Below are positions 36,966 to 49,126 of a DNA stretch of 64,000 bases, in pieces. The DNA is taken from positions 105,464,001 to 105,528,000 of the forward strand of contig NC_045696.1 in assembly GCF_009834535.1 (NCBI RefSeq), written 5' to 3'. The notes below the pieces were generated by a model. The model did not search any database. It was not told the origin of the DNA and worked only from the letters and a program-made list of their open reading frames with translations. Both the position numbers and the translations under genes were made by a program. Each line of letters opens with the position of its first letter. Within the stretch, counting starts at the first letter, position 1. This DNA comes from Camelus ferus (Eukaryota).

Positions 36966-38339
36966 CCCAGGGAGGCTGCCTCTGCCTCAACACTGCCCGC
37001 TCTGCTATGACTGTGTCCCCTGCCAGACCACAGTCCCCAGAAGACAGGGACTGTCTGTGACGTGCACCATCCTGGTCCAAGCACATCACCTGGGAAAATC
37101 TGCTGAACTAAGCTGAACTAAGCTGAACTGAGGAGGCCTGGCTGCTTGGCTGTTGCCAGCTCTTCTCAGAGGGACAGCAAGCCATGTCTCCAGGCCACTG
37201 GGCCCACAGTTTGGTTCCATGTGGAGACTCAGGCCTTCAGAGAAGAGGGGCAGCAGTCAGGTGGACCAGGGGAAGCTGCCAAGGGATGCAAGTCTCAAGC
37301 CCTCTGACTTATGTTCAGCTCTTCCTCTAGTTTTCTGGGGTGCAGTGTGTGTATCACATTCCCTCTCTGAACCCTAGTTCCCTGAAATTGCATCTAAGCC
37401 CTTTCTGATCAAAGACTCTCACAGATATAACTGGTACAACCATTTGGTACCTTGACAAACCGTTTTTGATCCAAATAGTCCATGATTTCAATTCCATAGA
37501 TCATACTTAGCAGCCTGCACCACCTGCTTCCCAGGAAGACATTCTGCTTCCCTCTCTGCATCATCTCCCCAAGGCAGGGCTGGCCAGGCAGGCACCAAGC
37601 TAACAGCCACAAGTCAGGAACCCAGCTCCCATTCCTCTCTCCTTTTCCATGCTGCTCAAAGTTATTGACTTGGATTTTGCCCCTTCCGGCTCTGCCCCTC
37701 CCAAGCACACACTTCACTCCTAGCTCATCATCATGGGTCAGGGACCCTCTGAGGACTCCGCCATCTCTCACTCCTCAGAGCTGACAGGTGACAGAACAGG
37801 GAGACCATCTAATTGGCTCAGAGGCTGAGGTGGGCAGAGGCCCCATTCAAAGTTTGGAACCAGCTGTGACCAAGTACCTAGCTGACAGCCTGTCCCAGAC
37901 CTGCCTGCATTGCACACTTCCCTGCAGGTGCCACAACCCAGGGGAGAGATGGGCCCACAGGCACATATTCTGTTCTGGCTGCCAGAGTTGCTGGTAAGAA
38001 AGCCATCCAGAGCAGATGCCGCACACTCAGAGTGGCAGCATCTGCCGGTGGCTTGACCTGGCCCGAATTTCCCTGGAGTGAAGAAAAGAGAAATAGCCCC
38101 TAACCTCACCCACACTAACGGTCTTCCTGTGGCCCAGGAGAGGGAAACTGCCTTGTTCAGCCAGAATCTTGCCTCCGGGAGGCTCCCTGGGATCTTCCTC
38201 CAACGGGAATGGCTTCCTCTGGCAGGGCCTGAGGACAAGGGTGTGCAGTGCACGTTCAAGGCAGAGTGGCTGCTGTGGGAGGAGGGTGAACGGAGACAGC
38301 TGCCGCCCCTCTGTTGTGGGGCTGGCGTTGAAGAGCTGG

Positions 38340-38550
38340 CGCACAGATAATTGGGGTGACGTCCTGGTACACTGATGAGACCCACTTCCAGATGGCGCTG
38401 AGGGCCCACTCAGAACAATTAGACAGGGGAGATGACTCCACCTGCTATTTTTAGAGGGTACCACATCTGGAGGTGGTATCTTTCGGCTGGAGATGTCTGC
38501 ACCAAAGGCGAGGGGATTTGCATCATTTTCCGTGATTGACTCATCAAGAT
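38340..38550. promoter_or_regulatory. Dense transcription-factor motif cluster (candidate enhancer/CTCF site)
   Basis: AGATAA 38345-38350, TGACGTC 38357-38363, CTCF-like CTTCCAGATGGCGCTG 38385-38400, CACCTG 38439-38444, MEF2 CTATTTTTAG 38445-38454, octamer ATTTGCAT 38516-38523, AP-1 TGACTCA 38537-38543. Confidence 0.5.
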
Positions 38551-38874
38551 TTCTCCACCATGTTTTAAGACCTTCAGAAGACAAATCATTCTGGGGTTTT
38601 GTGCATGGGACCTAGCCCTTGAGCAAACTCCAGAAATATCCTCCAATCAGTGACCAGTGTTGTACTGGAAGAGAAGGAAAGGATCCAGGCAAACTTGCTT
38701 CCTGTAGCCATGTTTTCCAGCTCTGTCCACAGGGCGTGGTGCTGAGCAGCTGGGGAACCAGGTCTCAGGCGTGGGTAGGGGTGCTTCTCTGGTTTTGTGG
38801 GTCTGTATGCTGGGGATGCAGCTGAGACGCTGTCCCAGGATCCCCAGGGAGCAGGCACAGACAGTGAGACCAAG

Positions 38875-39030
38875 GGACTAGATGTTGACTTTGGGGTCAG
38901 ACAGATGTGAACTTAAGTCTCAGCCCAGCCTCTTGCTATTTACTTGGATAAGCAACTTCACTCCCCTGTACCTCATCTCCCACTTGTAACAGGGGAGGTA
39001 GAGCTAATCTAAACATGCTGTAGAGGAAAG
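38875..39030 (+). mobile_element. MIR SINE
   Basis: gactttggggtcagacagatgtg ... ttggataagcaacttcactcccctgtacctca. Confidence 0.65.
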
Positions 39031-40113
39031 TGTGAATTTACATACCCAGATCCCAGGGGACAAAGTTGCGCCTTTCTTTATTTCACAATCTAGCTTGACT
39101 CTTGATGTGTGTCCACTGCTCACAGGCAGCCATCCAGACATTTCACAGGAGGCCCAGTCTCTATGGGACTTTCTCCATCAATTCCTGATCAATGGAACTG
39201 ACTCTTCCTCTCTGTCTCCCTTCTTTGTCCCCAGGGGAGATAAGAGCTGCAGACACTAGAGGAGGGGAGTCCTGCCTCTCCCTCCAGCTGCCTCAGCCCA
39301 ATGCCAGTACTGGTCCTGGATGGTCCTTCTCTGGTCTTTGTCCACTGGCCTCTGGCCATGCTGTAACTGTTGTTGCCACCATTCTCAGCTCACCAAGTAC
39401 ACGTGGTCACTCCACATCCTTCCTCTTCTGAGTCAGGACGTCTCCAGATCTGCCTGCCCTGCTCTCAGCCCCTCCCTACCCCTGGGGTTCCAGCAAATTC
39501 GCAGATGCTCCTTTGTACCACCTCCAGAGTCATTTGGTGTCCCCTGTCCCACATTTCTTTCCTTTCCCCTCATCACCCTGCCAACCTCACTCCTTAGAAC
39601 CTCTCTGGGAAACCTGTCCTGACTACCAGTTTCCTCCAACCAATGTCCCTTCTCTGCAGCACCCCAGCAGTAGATCCCATTCAGACAACCCATCAAGCAC
39701 AGGACTCCTGGGTCTGCGGGTGTCCTCTCATGTCTCACACTGGTGGATCCCAGTCCCTGCTGGTGACCAGTCCTCTCCTCCAATTTGCCAGGAACTAAGC
39801 CCCCAGCTGGGCTGCCCCTATGCCAGGCTGTGCTCCCCTGCAGTGGGGCGGGTGTTTCTATGCCCTCTTCACACTCTCTGGTGTCCTCTTAAGGTTTACA
39901 CGATCAACACAGATAATTTTAATAAAAGCCTTTCTGATTGCTCTCAAAGATAAATAAATTAGTCTTTGATGAATAGCTGCTCACCACCCCATCCCATCCC
40001 TGCCAGAAAGGTAGGACTGAGTAGTGGTTAAAAGTGGGGGATTTTACACAGACTTGACAACTAAGATAAAATAAACATTGGGAATAAAAAAAAATGGGAG
40101 GTTTTTTTTTTTT

Positions 40114-43100
40114 ACCAAAGTTAGGTGAAGGAAGGAAATAACAAAGATTAGAGCAGAGATAAATCGAATAGAGACTGAAAATATAATACAAAAGATCAAT
40201 GAAACTAAGAGCTGGCTTTTTGAAAAGAAAAACAAATCTTTAGCTAGACTCACAAAGAAAAAAAGAGAGAATGCAAATAAATAAAATAAAAAATTTAGGA
40301 GGAGACATTACAACTGATACACAGTAAACCAGAGGATCATACAAACTACTATAAATAACTATATTCCAAAAAAATTGGACAACCAAGAAGAAATTGATAA
40401 ATTCCTAGAAATATACAACTTACTGAGACTGAATCCTGAAGAAACAGAAAAGCTGAACAGACCAATTACTAGAAAGGAGATTAAATCAGTAATCAAAAAC
40501 AAAAGTCAAGGACCAGATGGTTTCACTGGTGAATTCCACCAAACATTTAAAGAACAATTAACACCAATCCTTCTCAAACTCTTCCAAAAAACAGAAGAAG
40601 AGGGAATATTTCCAAACTCATTTTACGAGGCCAACATTACCCTGATCACAAAACCAGACAAGGGCGCTACAGAAAAAGAAAATTACAGGCCAACATCTCT
40701 GATGAACATCGATGCAAAAATCCTCAACAAAATATTAGAAACTGAATTAAATAATACATTAAAAAGATCATACACCATGATCTAGTGGGATTTATTCCAG
40801 GGATGCAAGTATGGCCCACATCTGAAAATCAATGTGATACACCACACTGAAAATGTGAAGGATGAAAATCAGATGATCATCTCAATAGATGCAGAAGGAA
40901 CATTTGACAAAATTCAATATCCACTTGTGATTAAAAACCACAACAGAATGGGTATAGAGGGAATATACCACAACTTAATAATGTATGACAAGCCCACAGC
41001 TAATATCATACTCTATGGTGAAAAACTAGAAGCTTTTCCTTTAAGATGAGGAGTCAGAAAAGGATGTCCATTCTCACTGTTTTTATTCAACATGGTCTGG
41101 AAGTCCTAGTCAGAGTAGTTAGGCAAGAAAGGAAGGAAGGAAGGAAGGAAGGGAGGGAGGGAGGGAGGAAGAGAAATGTATCCAAATAGGAAAGGAGTAA
41201 GTTAAACTGTCTTTATTTGCAGATGACATAATATTATACCTAGAAAACCCCAAAGACTCCACAGAAAGACTGTTAGAACTAATACATGAATTCAATAAAG
41301 TTACAAGATACAAAATCAATATACAAAAATCAGCTGCACTTCTACACACTAACAATGAACTATCAGAAAGAGCAATTAAGAAAATGATTCCATTTAAAGT
41401 TGCATAAAAAAGAATAAAATACCTAGGAATAAATTTAACCAAGGAGGTGAAAGATCTGTACAGTGAAAATTATAAGACAGTGATGAAAGAACCTAAAGAA
41501 GACACAAATGAATGGAAAAAATATTCCATGCTCATGGATTGGAAGAATTAATATTGTTAAAGTTTCCATACTACCTAAAACAATCTACAGATTCAATGTA
41601 ATCCCTATCAAAATTCCAAAATGGCATTTTTCACAGAAATAGAACAAACAATCCTAAAATTTGTATGGAACCACAAAAGAACCCAAATAGCCAAAGCAAT
41701 CCTGAGAAAGATGAACAAAATTGGAGACATCACCATTCCTGATTTCAAACTATATTACAAAGCTATAAGAATGAAAACAGTAGGGTACTGGCATAAAAAC
41801 AAACACATAAATCACTGGAACAGAATAAAGAGGCCAGAAATAAACCCATGCATGTGTGGTCAATTAGTCTACAGGTGCCAGGAATATACACAGGGGAAGG
41901 GAGTTTCTTCAATAAACTGTGTTGGGAAAACTGGACAGCTAAATGAAAAAGAATAAAACTAGACCTTGATCTAACACCATACACAAAAGTCAACTCAAAA
42001 TGGATTAAAAACTTGAATGTAAGACTTGAAGCCACAAAACTCACAAAAGAAAACACAGGGTAAGCTCCTTGACACAGGCCTTGGTGATGATTTTTTGGAT
42101 TTGACACCAAAAGAAAAGGCAACAAAAGCAAAATTAAACAAGTGGAACTACATCAAACTAAAGTGCTTCCACACAGCAAAGGCAACTATCAACAAAATGA
42201 AAAGATAACCTACTGAATGGGAGAAGACATCTGCAAATCATGTATCTGATAAGGTGTTAATATCAAAAATACAAACAACTCATACAACTCAACAGCAAAA
42301 AACCACAAAACAAACGAAACCTAAAAAACAAAACAAACAATTGATTTTAAAATGGGAAATTGAATATACATTTTCCCAAAAAAGACATACAAATGGCCAA
42401 GAGATACATGAAAAGGTGCTCAACATTACTAATCATCGGGGAAATGCACATCAAAACCACGAGACACCACCTCACGCTTGCTAAAATGGCTATTATCAAA
42501 AAGGTAGGAAGTAACAAGTGTGGGCAAGGATGCGGAGAAAAGGGAACCCTTGCGTACTGTTGGCGGGAAGGTAAACTGGTGCAGCCACAATTGAAAACAG
42601 TTTCTTTCTCAGAAAAATTAAGGCTAGAACTACCATATAATCCAGAAATTCTACTTCTAGGTATATATCCAAAGAAAACAAAATCACTATCTCAAAGAAA
42701 TGTCTGTACCTTTGTGTACTACAGTATAATTTATAGTAGCCAAGACATTGAAACGACCTAAGTGTCCACTGATAGATGAATGGATAAAGAAATGCTGTAT
42801 ACACACACACACTGGAATATTACTCAGTCATAAAAAGGGAGAAAATCCTGCCATTTGTGACAACACAAATGGACCTTGAGAGTATTATGTTAAGTGAAAT
42901 AAGTCAAACAGAGAAATACAAATACTGTATGATCTCATTTGCATGTGGAATCTTTTTTTTTTTTAAACCCAAACTCATAGAAAAAGAAAACAGAGGCAGT
43001 TAGTAACCAGAGGTAGGGGCTGGGGTTTGGAGGAATGGGTAAAAGTGGTCAAAAGGTACAAACTTCTAGTTCCAAGATTAAGTTCCAGGGATGTAATGTA

Positions 43101-43315
43101 CAGCATGGGGACTATGGTTAACAACACTGTATTGTACAGTTGAAGGTTGTTAAGAGAGTAAATATAAGAAAAAATTTGTAACTATGCCAGGTGATGGATA
43201 TCAACTTAACTTATTATAGTGATCATTTTACAGTATATACATATATCAAGTCATTATGTTGTTTACCTTAAACTAATACAATGTTACATGTCAATTATAT
43301 CTCAAAGCTGGGGGA
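40114..43315 (+). mobile_element. 5'-truncated LINE-1 (L1MA9-like 3' end), disrupted ORF2
   Basis: ORF fragments 40375-40785 ([15 protein letters not shown]...[19 protein letters not shown]), RT motif SLFADD near 41210, 41621-41956 and 42360-42761 (ORF2 C-terminus); stops and frameshifts; 3' UTR ending tgtcaattatatctcaaagctggggg. Confidence 0.97.
41128..41172 (+). repeat. (GGAA)n/(GGGA)n microsatellite inside L1
   Basis: Directly visible tandem repeat. Confidence 0.9.
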
Positions 43316-43361
43316 AACAAACAGGTTACTCAATAATTCTACTTCTATGAAAGGAAAAAAT

Positions 43362-43545
43362 ATTAATTATATTGAATCTAAGGTATCACTGATGATTAAA
43401 TGTACCATTTTTATTCACTGTGAAGAAACAAACCAAAAAAAAAATGCTCCCAATTAAACCATAATGAGCCATAGATCGTAGGATACATAATGATTTCAGA
43501 TATGTTAAAATGAAATATGTATCCTCAAATTGATAAAACACTACA
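43362..43545. mobile_element. MER104-like Tc2/mariner MITE
   Basis: attgaatctaaggtatcactgatga ... aaaaatgctcccaattaaac ... gatttcagatatgttaaaatg ... atcctcaaattgataaaa. Confidence 0.7.
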
Positions 43546-43598
43546 TGGGGTCATAATCCTTTCATTGTAAAATAAATTCCCACCACCGCCACCTGAAA

Positions 43599-43795
43599 AA
43601 AAGTGTGGGCTTTTAGTTCAAATCCCCACTCAGCTTCTTATGTTGACCTGGGTGGATTCTCACATGTCCTGAGCTTCAGAGGATCAACTCTAAATGGGAA
43701 TAATAACCACACAGCTCTCTCAGGACTGTTGGGAGAGCTAACTGCCCTCAGCTTAGGGCAACTGCCCTGCACAGAGTTAAGGGCTTGGCAGAGGA
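43599..43795 (+). mobile_element. MIR SINE body (head at 40015-40046, split by the L1-mediated insertion)
   Basis: Head gagtagtggttaaaagtg at ~40018 continues as gtgtgggcttttagttcaaatccc ... tgacctggg ... taaatgggaataataa ... ggactgttgggagagct. Confidence 0.7.
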
Positions 43796-44059
43796 CAAGC
43801 GTCACTGTCACTACTGTTGTTGTTGTCTTTGTCCCACTGACTGAGGCAAGTTGAATGGACTCAATTCCTAGGAGAACATAGCCCCTCACACTCCTCACAG
43901 CTGAGCCCCTGGGCCCTCTCCATCAGCAAGGCCACCCCATGGACCCCAGATTTCAGTAAATGGAAGACTCCAGGGCTACTGGGAGAAGTCAGACCCCCCC
44001 ATATCACTGGGGCTCACCACTGCCCAGCTGCCATGGTGGGGAACTTGCTCTGGGAGCTC

Positions 44060-44442
44060 CAAAACTTAGTGGCTTATAACAACAATCATCATTCATTTTG
44101 TTTATGAATATGCAATTCAGGTAGAGCTTGGCAGGGAAAGATCATCTTTGCACATCAGCTGGGGCAACACAACAGGGGCTGGAGGATCCATTTCTAAAAT
44201 AACCTGCACATCTGGGAAGTTGATGTCATCTGTTGGCTGGGGCTTCCTCATAGCATGGCAGTTGGGTTCTAAGAGTAATTGTTCCCAGAGGTGCAGGCAG
44301 ACTGCAAGGCTTCCTATGATCTAACCTCAGAAGTCCAGGACATAATTTTTGCTGTATCCTAAGTCACTAATGGCCATCCCAGATTCAAGGAACAGGCAAT
44401 TAGAACAATAAGAAAAGCTGTGGCCATCTTTAATTTACTACA
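44060..44442 (-). mobile_element. MLT1H-family MaLR LTR
   Basis: caaaacttagtggcttataacaacaa ... ggggcttcctcatagcatggc ... cccagattcaagg ... tgtggccatctttaatttactaca terminus. Confidence 0.85.
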
Positions 44443-44552
44443 TAAGTCTGGATGATGACGACCATTTCGGAATTTCTGTGTGTTTGTGGTGTGTGTGTGA
44501 GTGTGCATGTGCACATGCACATGTGGGTATGTTGGGGATGGGGAATCAAATA

Positions 44553-45015
44553 CCCATTCATTCAACAAGCACTTCTGAGCATCTCCACAGGGTCATTCAA
44601 GACAAGTCTCCACTCACAAGAAGCTCCCAGTCATGGAGAAGCAGACACAGATGGTTGAGTGTGTACATTTATTTATCTATTCAACCTACATTGTTTGAGT
44701 ACCTATTAAATGCTAGGCCCAGGGCAGGGGCACAGGGTGGCCACGCTGGGCAGGCCCTGACCTTATGAAGTTTACAGATTGTCAGAGCAGGCACACATCA
44801 AATCTGTTACTACAAGAGTGTGGTGAGGGTTCAGAGCAGAGCTGCATGGGGCAGGGCAGGGCAGGTCTCTGTCAGGCAGATGTGACACTGTCTCCCTGGA
44901 AAAGAGGTGTTGAAGCAGAAACCTTCAGTAGGAGTTTGTGCAGATGAAGGGGAGGAAGCAAGTGTGCTGCTGGTTGGGGGAACCATCCATGTGAAGGCTC
45001 AGAGGCAAGAAGGAG
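44553..45015 (-). mobile_element. L2 3' remnants
   Basis: cattcattcaacaagcacttctgagca; ttcaacctacattgtttgagtacctatt; ccctgaccttatgaagtttaca; agtaggagtttg. Confidence 0.65.
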
Positions 45016-45019
45016 TGAA

Positions 45020-45581
45020 AACATGCACCCCAATGTTCATAGTAGCACTACTTACAACAACCAAGACATGGAAGCAAACTAATGTCCATCGACAGATGAC
45101 TGGATAAAGAAGATGTGGGATATTTATAGACAGTGGGATACTACTCAGCCTTAAAAAAGAACTTTAAAATGCCATTTGTAGTAACATGGATGCACCTAGA
45201 GATTATCATACTAAGTGAAGTAAGTCAGCGAGAGAAAGACAAATATCATATATCACTTACATAGGAATCTAAAAAATGATACAAATGAACTCATTTATAA
45301 AACAGAAAGAGACTCACAGATATATATATATAAAAAACAGCCTTATGGTTACCAAAGGGGACAGGGGAGAGATAAATAAGGAGTTTGGGATTTGCAGAAA
45401 CAAACTCCTGTATATAAAATAGATAAAACAACAATGTCCTCTTGTATAGCACAGGAAACTATATTCGGTATCCTGTAATAGTCTATAATGATAAAGAATA
45501 TATACATATAACTGAATCACTATGCTGTACACCAGAAACTAACACAACATTGTAAATCAACTTCAATAAAATTTTTTAAAA
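45020..45581 (+). mobile_element. Cetartiodactyl-type L1 3' fragment
   Basis: catgcaccccaatgttcatagtagcact ... ggagtttgggatttgcaga ... tgtatagcacagg ... tgtacaccagaaactaacacaacattgtaaatcaac ... aataaa. Confidence 0.92.
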
Positions 45582-46224
45582 AGTGAGAAGTTCTTCAGCT
45601 TCAAAGATATTCACTGTGTTGTATACTTGCATGTGTGCAGGGTGTATGTGCATGGGTGTGAATATCCACGTGTGCGAGTCTGTGTGTGTACATGTCTGCG
45701 TGCATGTGTGTGTGTATTTATAGGAACATCAGGCCTAAGCTGATGAAGTGTCCTTACTCCGCAATCCAGAGATCTGGGGAACAGTACCCCCACCCCTCCC
45801 ACCACACATCTCAAGGGCACCCATGTCCCACCCCTTTTTGCACTCTAGCCTGGAGCAGATACACACCACTAGCCCCCCACACAGGCACGTGCTGGCATGG
45901 CCGTGACTGGCCTGTAGCATTGAGAAGAGGACCCAAGCTCCAGGTCCAGCCTCAAGGCGGCCAGTCCACTTTCTTCTCCAGCCTGCTGGCGCATCCTTGG
46001 GACCTCCTACCTCCCCTGTTGGCACTGCATCTGACCCGGGCTCAGGTGACATGGGGGAAGGGTGCCGGAAGGGGCCCTGCCACTGATTGGACTGGACTGC
46101 CAGCTGCAGCCTGGACCAGCCCTTGCCCATCTCCGGGCTTCAGAATTCTCTGTTGTGAGAAGGGGACCCACCCTGTGAGGAAGAGACTCCCTACGCACGT
46201 GAGTCAGGCAATCCCACCTCAAAG

Positions 46225-46340
46225 ACCTGTTAGTCCTAGTTCTCAGATGAGAAAACCACACTCAGAGAGGTTAAGGAACTTGTCCGAGGTCACACAGCTA
46301 GCAAATGGCATCTATGGAGTTCCAAACCTTCAGTTCTGCT
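46225..46340 (-). mobile_element. MIR SINE
   Basis: cagatgagaaaacc..ctcagagaggttaaggaacttgtccgaggtcacacagctagcaaatggca. Confidence 0.85.
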
Positions 46341-46419
46341 GAAGGCAGGTCCTGACCATGGACAGAAATATACTTGAGAGTTTCTCAACATCCTTTCCAA
46401 CAGGTAGAGGAGGTTCTAG

Positions 46420-46930
46420 CTTGAGACTCATAAATAAACAGTCCTTCCAGCGCCCCGCCTGTCGGCCTCGGGGGCTGCCGCAGACTCCCACTCTCCTAAT
46501 TCACTCAGGACCTTTTCTCATAACTCTCCTTTCCCCCATTTCATGCCTATAACGTATTAACATAAACAACGGTGCTGACAGCAGCTCAGCTCTAACTGGC
46601 TCATGCTGGAATCTGACTGATGATTTTCATCAGGGAAAAAGACTAAACAGGTTAAGATGATTAAATTTTCTTAAACCTACAGCTAAACGTAATCAAAGCC
46701 ATTTGTGCAGAGGTGTGTGTGTGTTTTCCTTTGCTGGAAGGTTGATTGGCAGTTTCAAACAGAAGAGTATGACTGCTGGGGGAACAGAGTTAAAATGAAG
46801 TGCTTTCCACCACCTCCAGACATTAGCACAGGGCATTTCCACTTCCCTGTCTAGGCTGGAACTATCATTTTCCCCGAGAAACATCTGATGATGAAAATGA
46901 AATTCAGAGCGTCTACATTTCATCCTCTCC
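46420..46930. promoter_or_regulatory. Candidate conserved non-coding element
   Basis: Repeat-free AT-rich block; several TAAACA forkhead-like sites, TGCTGACAGCA Maf-like motif, ATCAAAG TCF motif near 46692, TGATTGGCAG PBX/PKNOX-like motif. Confidence 0.45.
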
Positions 46931-48296
46931 CTGTTCCCCTCCCCCACAACCCTGTCCCAAGTTGAGTCCTTTTATAATTAGAGCTGTCTGTGTTGAATGA
47001 CCAGGGAGGTGCCTTAGCTTCCAAATTTCCAGGAGTTGGAGGGGTCAGGAGCCTCCCACACAGACTGCCCATGTTATCTTGGGCAAAGCCTTTCTCCTCT
47101 CTGGGCCCTAATTACCCTGTCTGTGCAGTCGGGAGGCTGACCCTCACGATCTCCAGTTTATCTCTCCTCCCCAGCAGAGCAGGGGCACAGCAAACGGCGC
47201 AGCATAGATCAACCTCCACATGTGTGATGCTCTTTGTCACACAGAGCTGGTAAGAGAACTTGCTAATTATGTCACTAACCTACCTGGATGCTGAAGGGGC
47301 TGAATGTAATAGGGGTGCATGTAGGTGACTAGAGAAAGGAGGAGGCAACTCCTGCTTGTAGTTCTAAGACACTGCTGGCTGTTTCGCCCTCTGTAACATC
47401 AGACATCAAAACGCAGATCACCCCACCCACCCAATGGGAATGCATTTGTAGGCTCTTAGAGACCCAAGCTTTGCACAGTACAGCTCCCTAAGGATGGCTA
47501 TGCACCCCCTGGCTGACCTCTTTGACCCCTTTCTCAAAACCCCAACTCCCCTCCACCCCCAGCCAAGTGGTCCTTCTCCTGGCCTCTTACTACTCAGGTT
47601 CCCTCTTCCCAGTAGGCAGGTCCTGTCAAGAAAGCCCAAGCCCTAGTACCTCCCATGGCGTCTACAAGACCTACAGGAAACTCTCATGTGAGGCTGCTCT
47701 CCTGCCACTGCCCTTGCCCCTCCCCCTGCCTCCATGAGCCCCTCCAGCCAGCCCTTCAAGACCCAGGAAAAAAGCATGCAGCAATCTCCATATTCACAAT
47801 CATCCCCACTCCAAACTCCATGGGATGTGTGCCATAATCACTCTCACTGCCTTTCCCTTTACTTCATGCAGCAAGATAGCCCATGGGTTTCTGAAACTCA
47901 GCAAATATCCTTCCAGGGCTAGTGCTAGACTTCCCCTCTGACAGTCCACTCCCAATTTCTACAGGTACTTCTGAAGTCCTATTAACCTGTTTGGGGACAG
48001 CACCTCCGTCTTCACCATGGAGTAGTGGACTGGGAGGACACAAAGACTCCTGAATTCCTTTTAAATCTCCATTTTCTTTTACATAGGCTGGAGGTAGATA
48101 ATGTACAATCAAGTTGAGTATTCACTGGACCATTTTTGCTACTTCTTAGTAATCTGCACAGGTGTGGCTGGAACCTTACCTTATAATGTTTTCCTTTCAG
48201 CTTTGGGGTTTCTGTCAATCTCCTAAAACAACAATACTACATTACATAGTTTTTAGGGTATTTCCCAGTACTTTCTCCTAAAAATGGAAGAGCACA

Positions 48297-49126
48297 CTAA
48301 ACCCAAAGCAAGCAGAAGGAAATAAGACTGCAGTGGAAATAAATGAAATAGAGAATAGAAAACCAATAGAGAAAACCAATAATCCAAAAGTTATTCTTTG
48401 AAAAGATCACCAAAATTGGCAAACTTTTAGCTAGACAGGCCAAGAAAAAAAGAGAAAAGGCTCAAATAACATCAGAAATGAGAGAGGAGATATCACTACC
48501 AACATTACAGAAACAAAAAGGACTAAAAGGGAATACTACAAATGACCATATGCCAACAAATCAGATAATTTAGTTGAGACAGACAAATTCCTAGAAAGAC
48601 ACAAACTATCCAAACTGACTCGAGACGAAATAGAAAATCTGAATACACCTATAACAAGAAAAGAGAATTAATCATTTTAAAACTTCCCACAAAGAAAAAC
48701 CTAGCCTCAGATGGCTTCACTGGTGAAGTCTATTAAACATTTAAAGAGTAATTAATACCAATCCTTCACAAAATCTTCCAAAAAAAACCAAAAGAGTAGG
48801 GAACACTTTCCAACCCATTATGAGACCAGCATTACCTTGACACCAAAACCGGACAAAGGCATCACAAGAAAACTACAGATCAGTATCTCTTATGAATATA
48901 GATGCAAAAAACCTTAACAAAATACTAGCAAACTGAATCCAATAACATATAAAAAGGACTATGTACAACAATCAAGTTGAATTTATCCCAGGAATGCAAA
49001 GTTAGTTCAACATCTCAAAATCAATTCATGTAATACATCATATTAATATACTAAAGGACCATAACAAACAAACAAACCCATATGATTATCTCAACAGATA
49101 CAGAAAAAGCATTTGGTAAAATCCAA
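48297..49126 (+). mobile_element. Internal L1 ORF2 fragment (no 3' end)
   Basis: cccaaagcaagcagaagg ... cagatggcttcactggtgaa ... atgaatatagatgcaaaaa ... atctcaacagatacagaaaaagcatttg. Confidence 0.92.

Noticed and set aside
37768..38664. Overlapping minus-strand ORFs (213 and 185 aa) with an upstream acceptor-like site at 38665
   Set aside because: No protein family recognised, stops interrupt the frames downstream of the acceptor, and the region is better explained as regulatory; a non-coding exon is not excluded.
40375..42761. Reverse-transcriptase-like ORFs as a novel retroelement or functional gene
   Set aside because: Standard LINE-1 ORF2 fragments with multiple stops and frameshifts.
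45686..46342. 218-aa ORF, the longest in the window
   Set aside because: Starts in TG-rich low complexity and ends in an antisense MIR; no recognisable domain; expected by chance in GC-rich DNA.
46880..46910. TGATGA motifs suggesting a C/D-box snoRNA
   Set aside because: No properly spaced CTGA D box with a terminal stem or recognisable antisense element.
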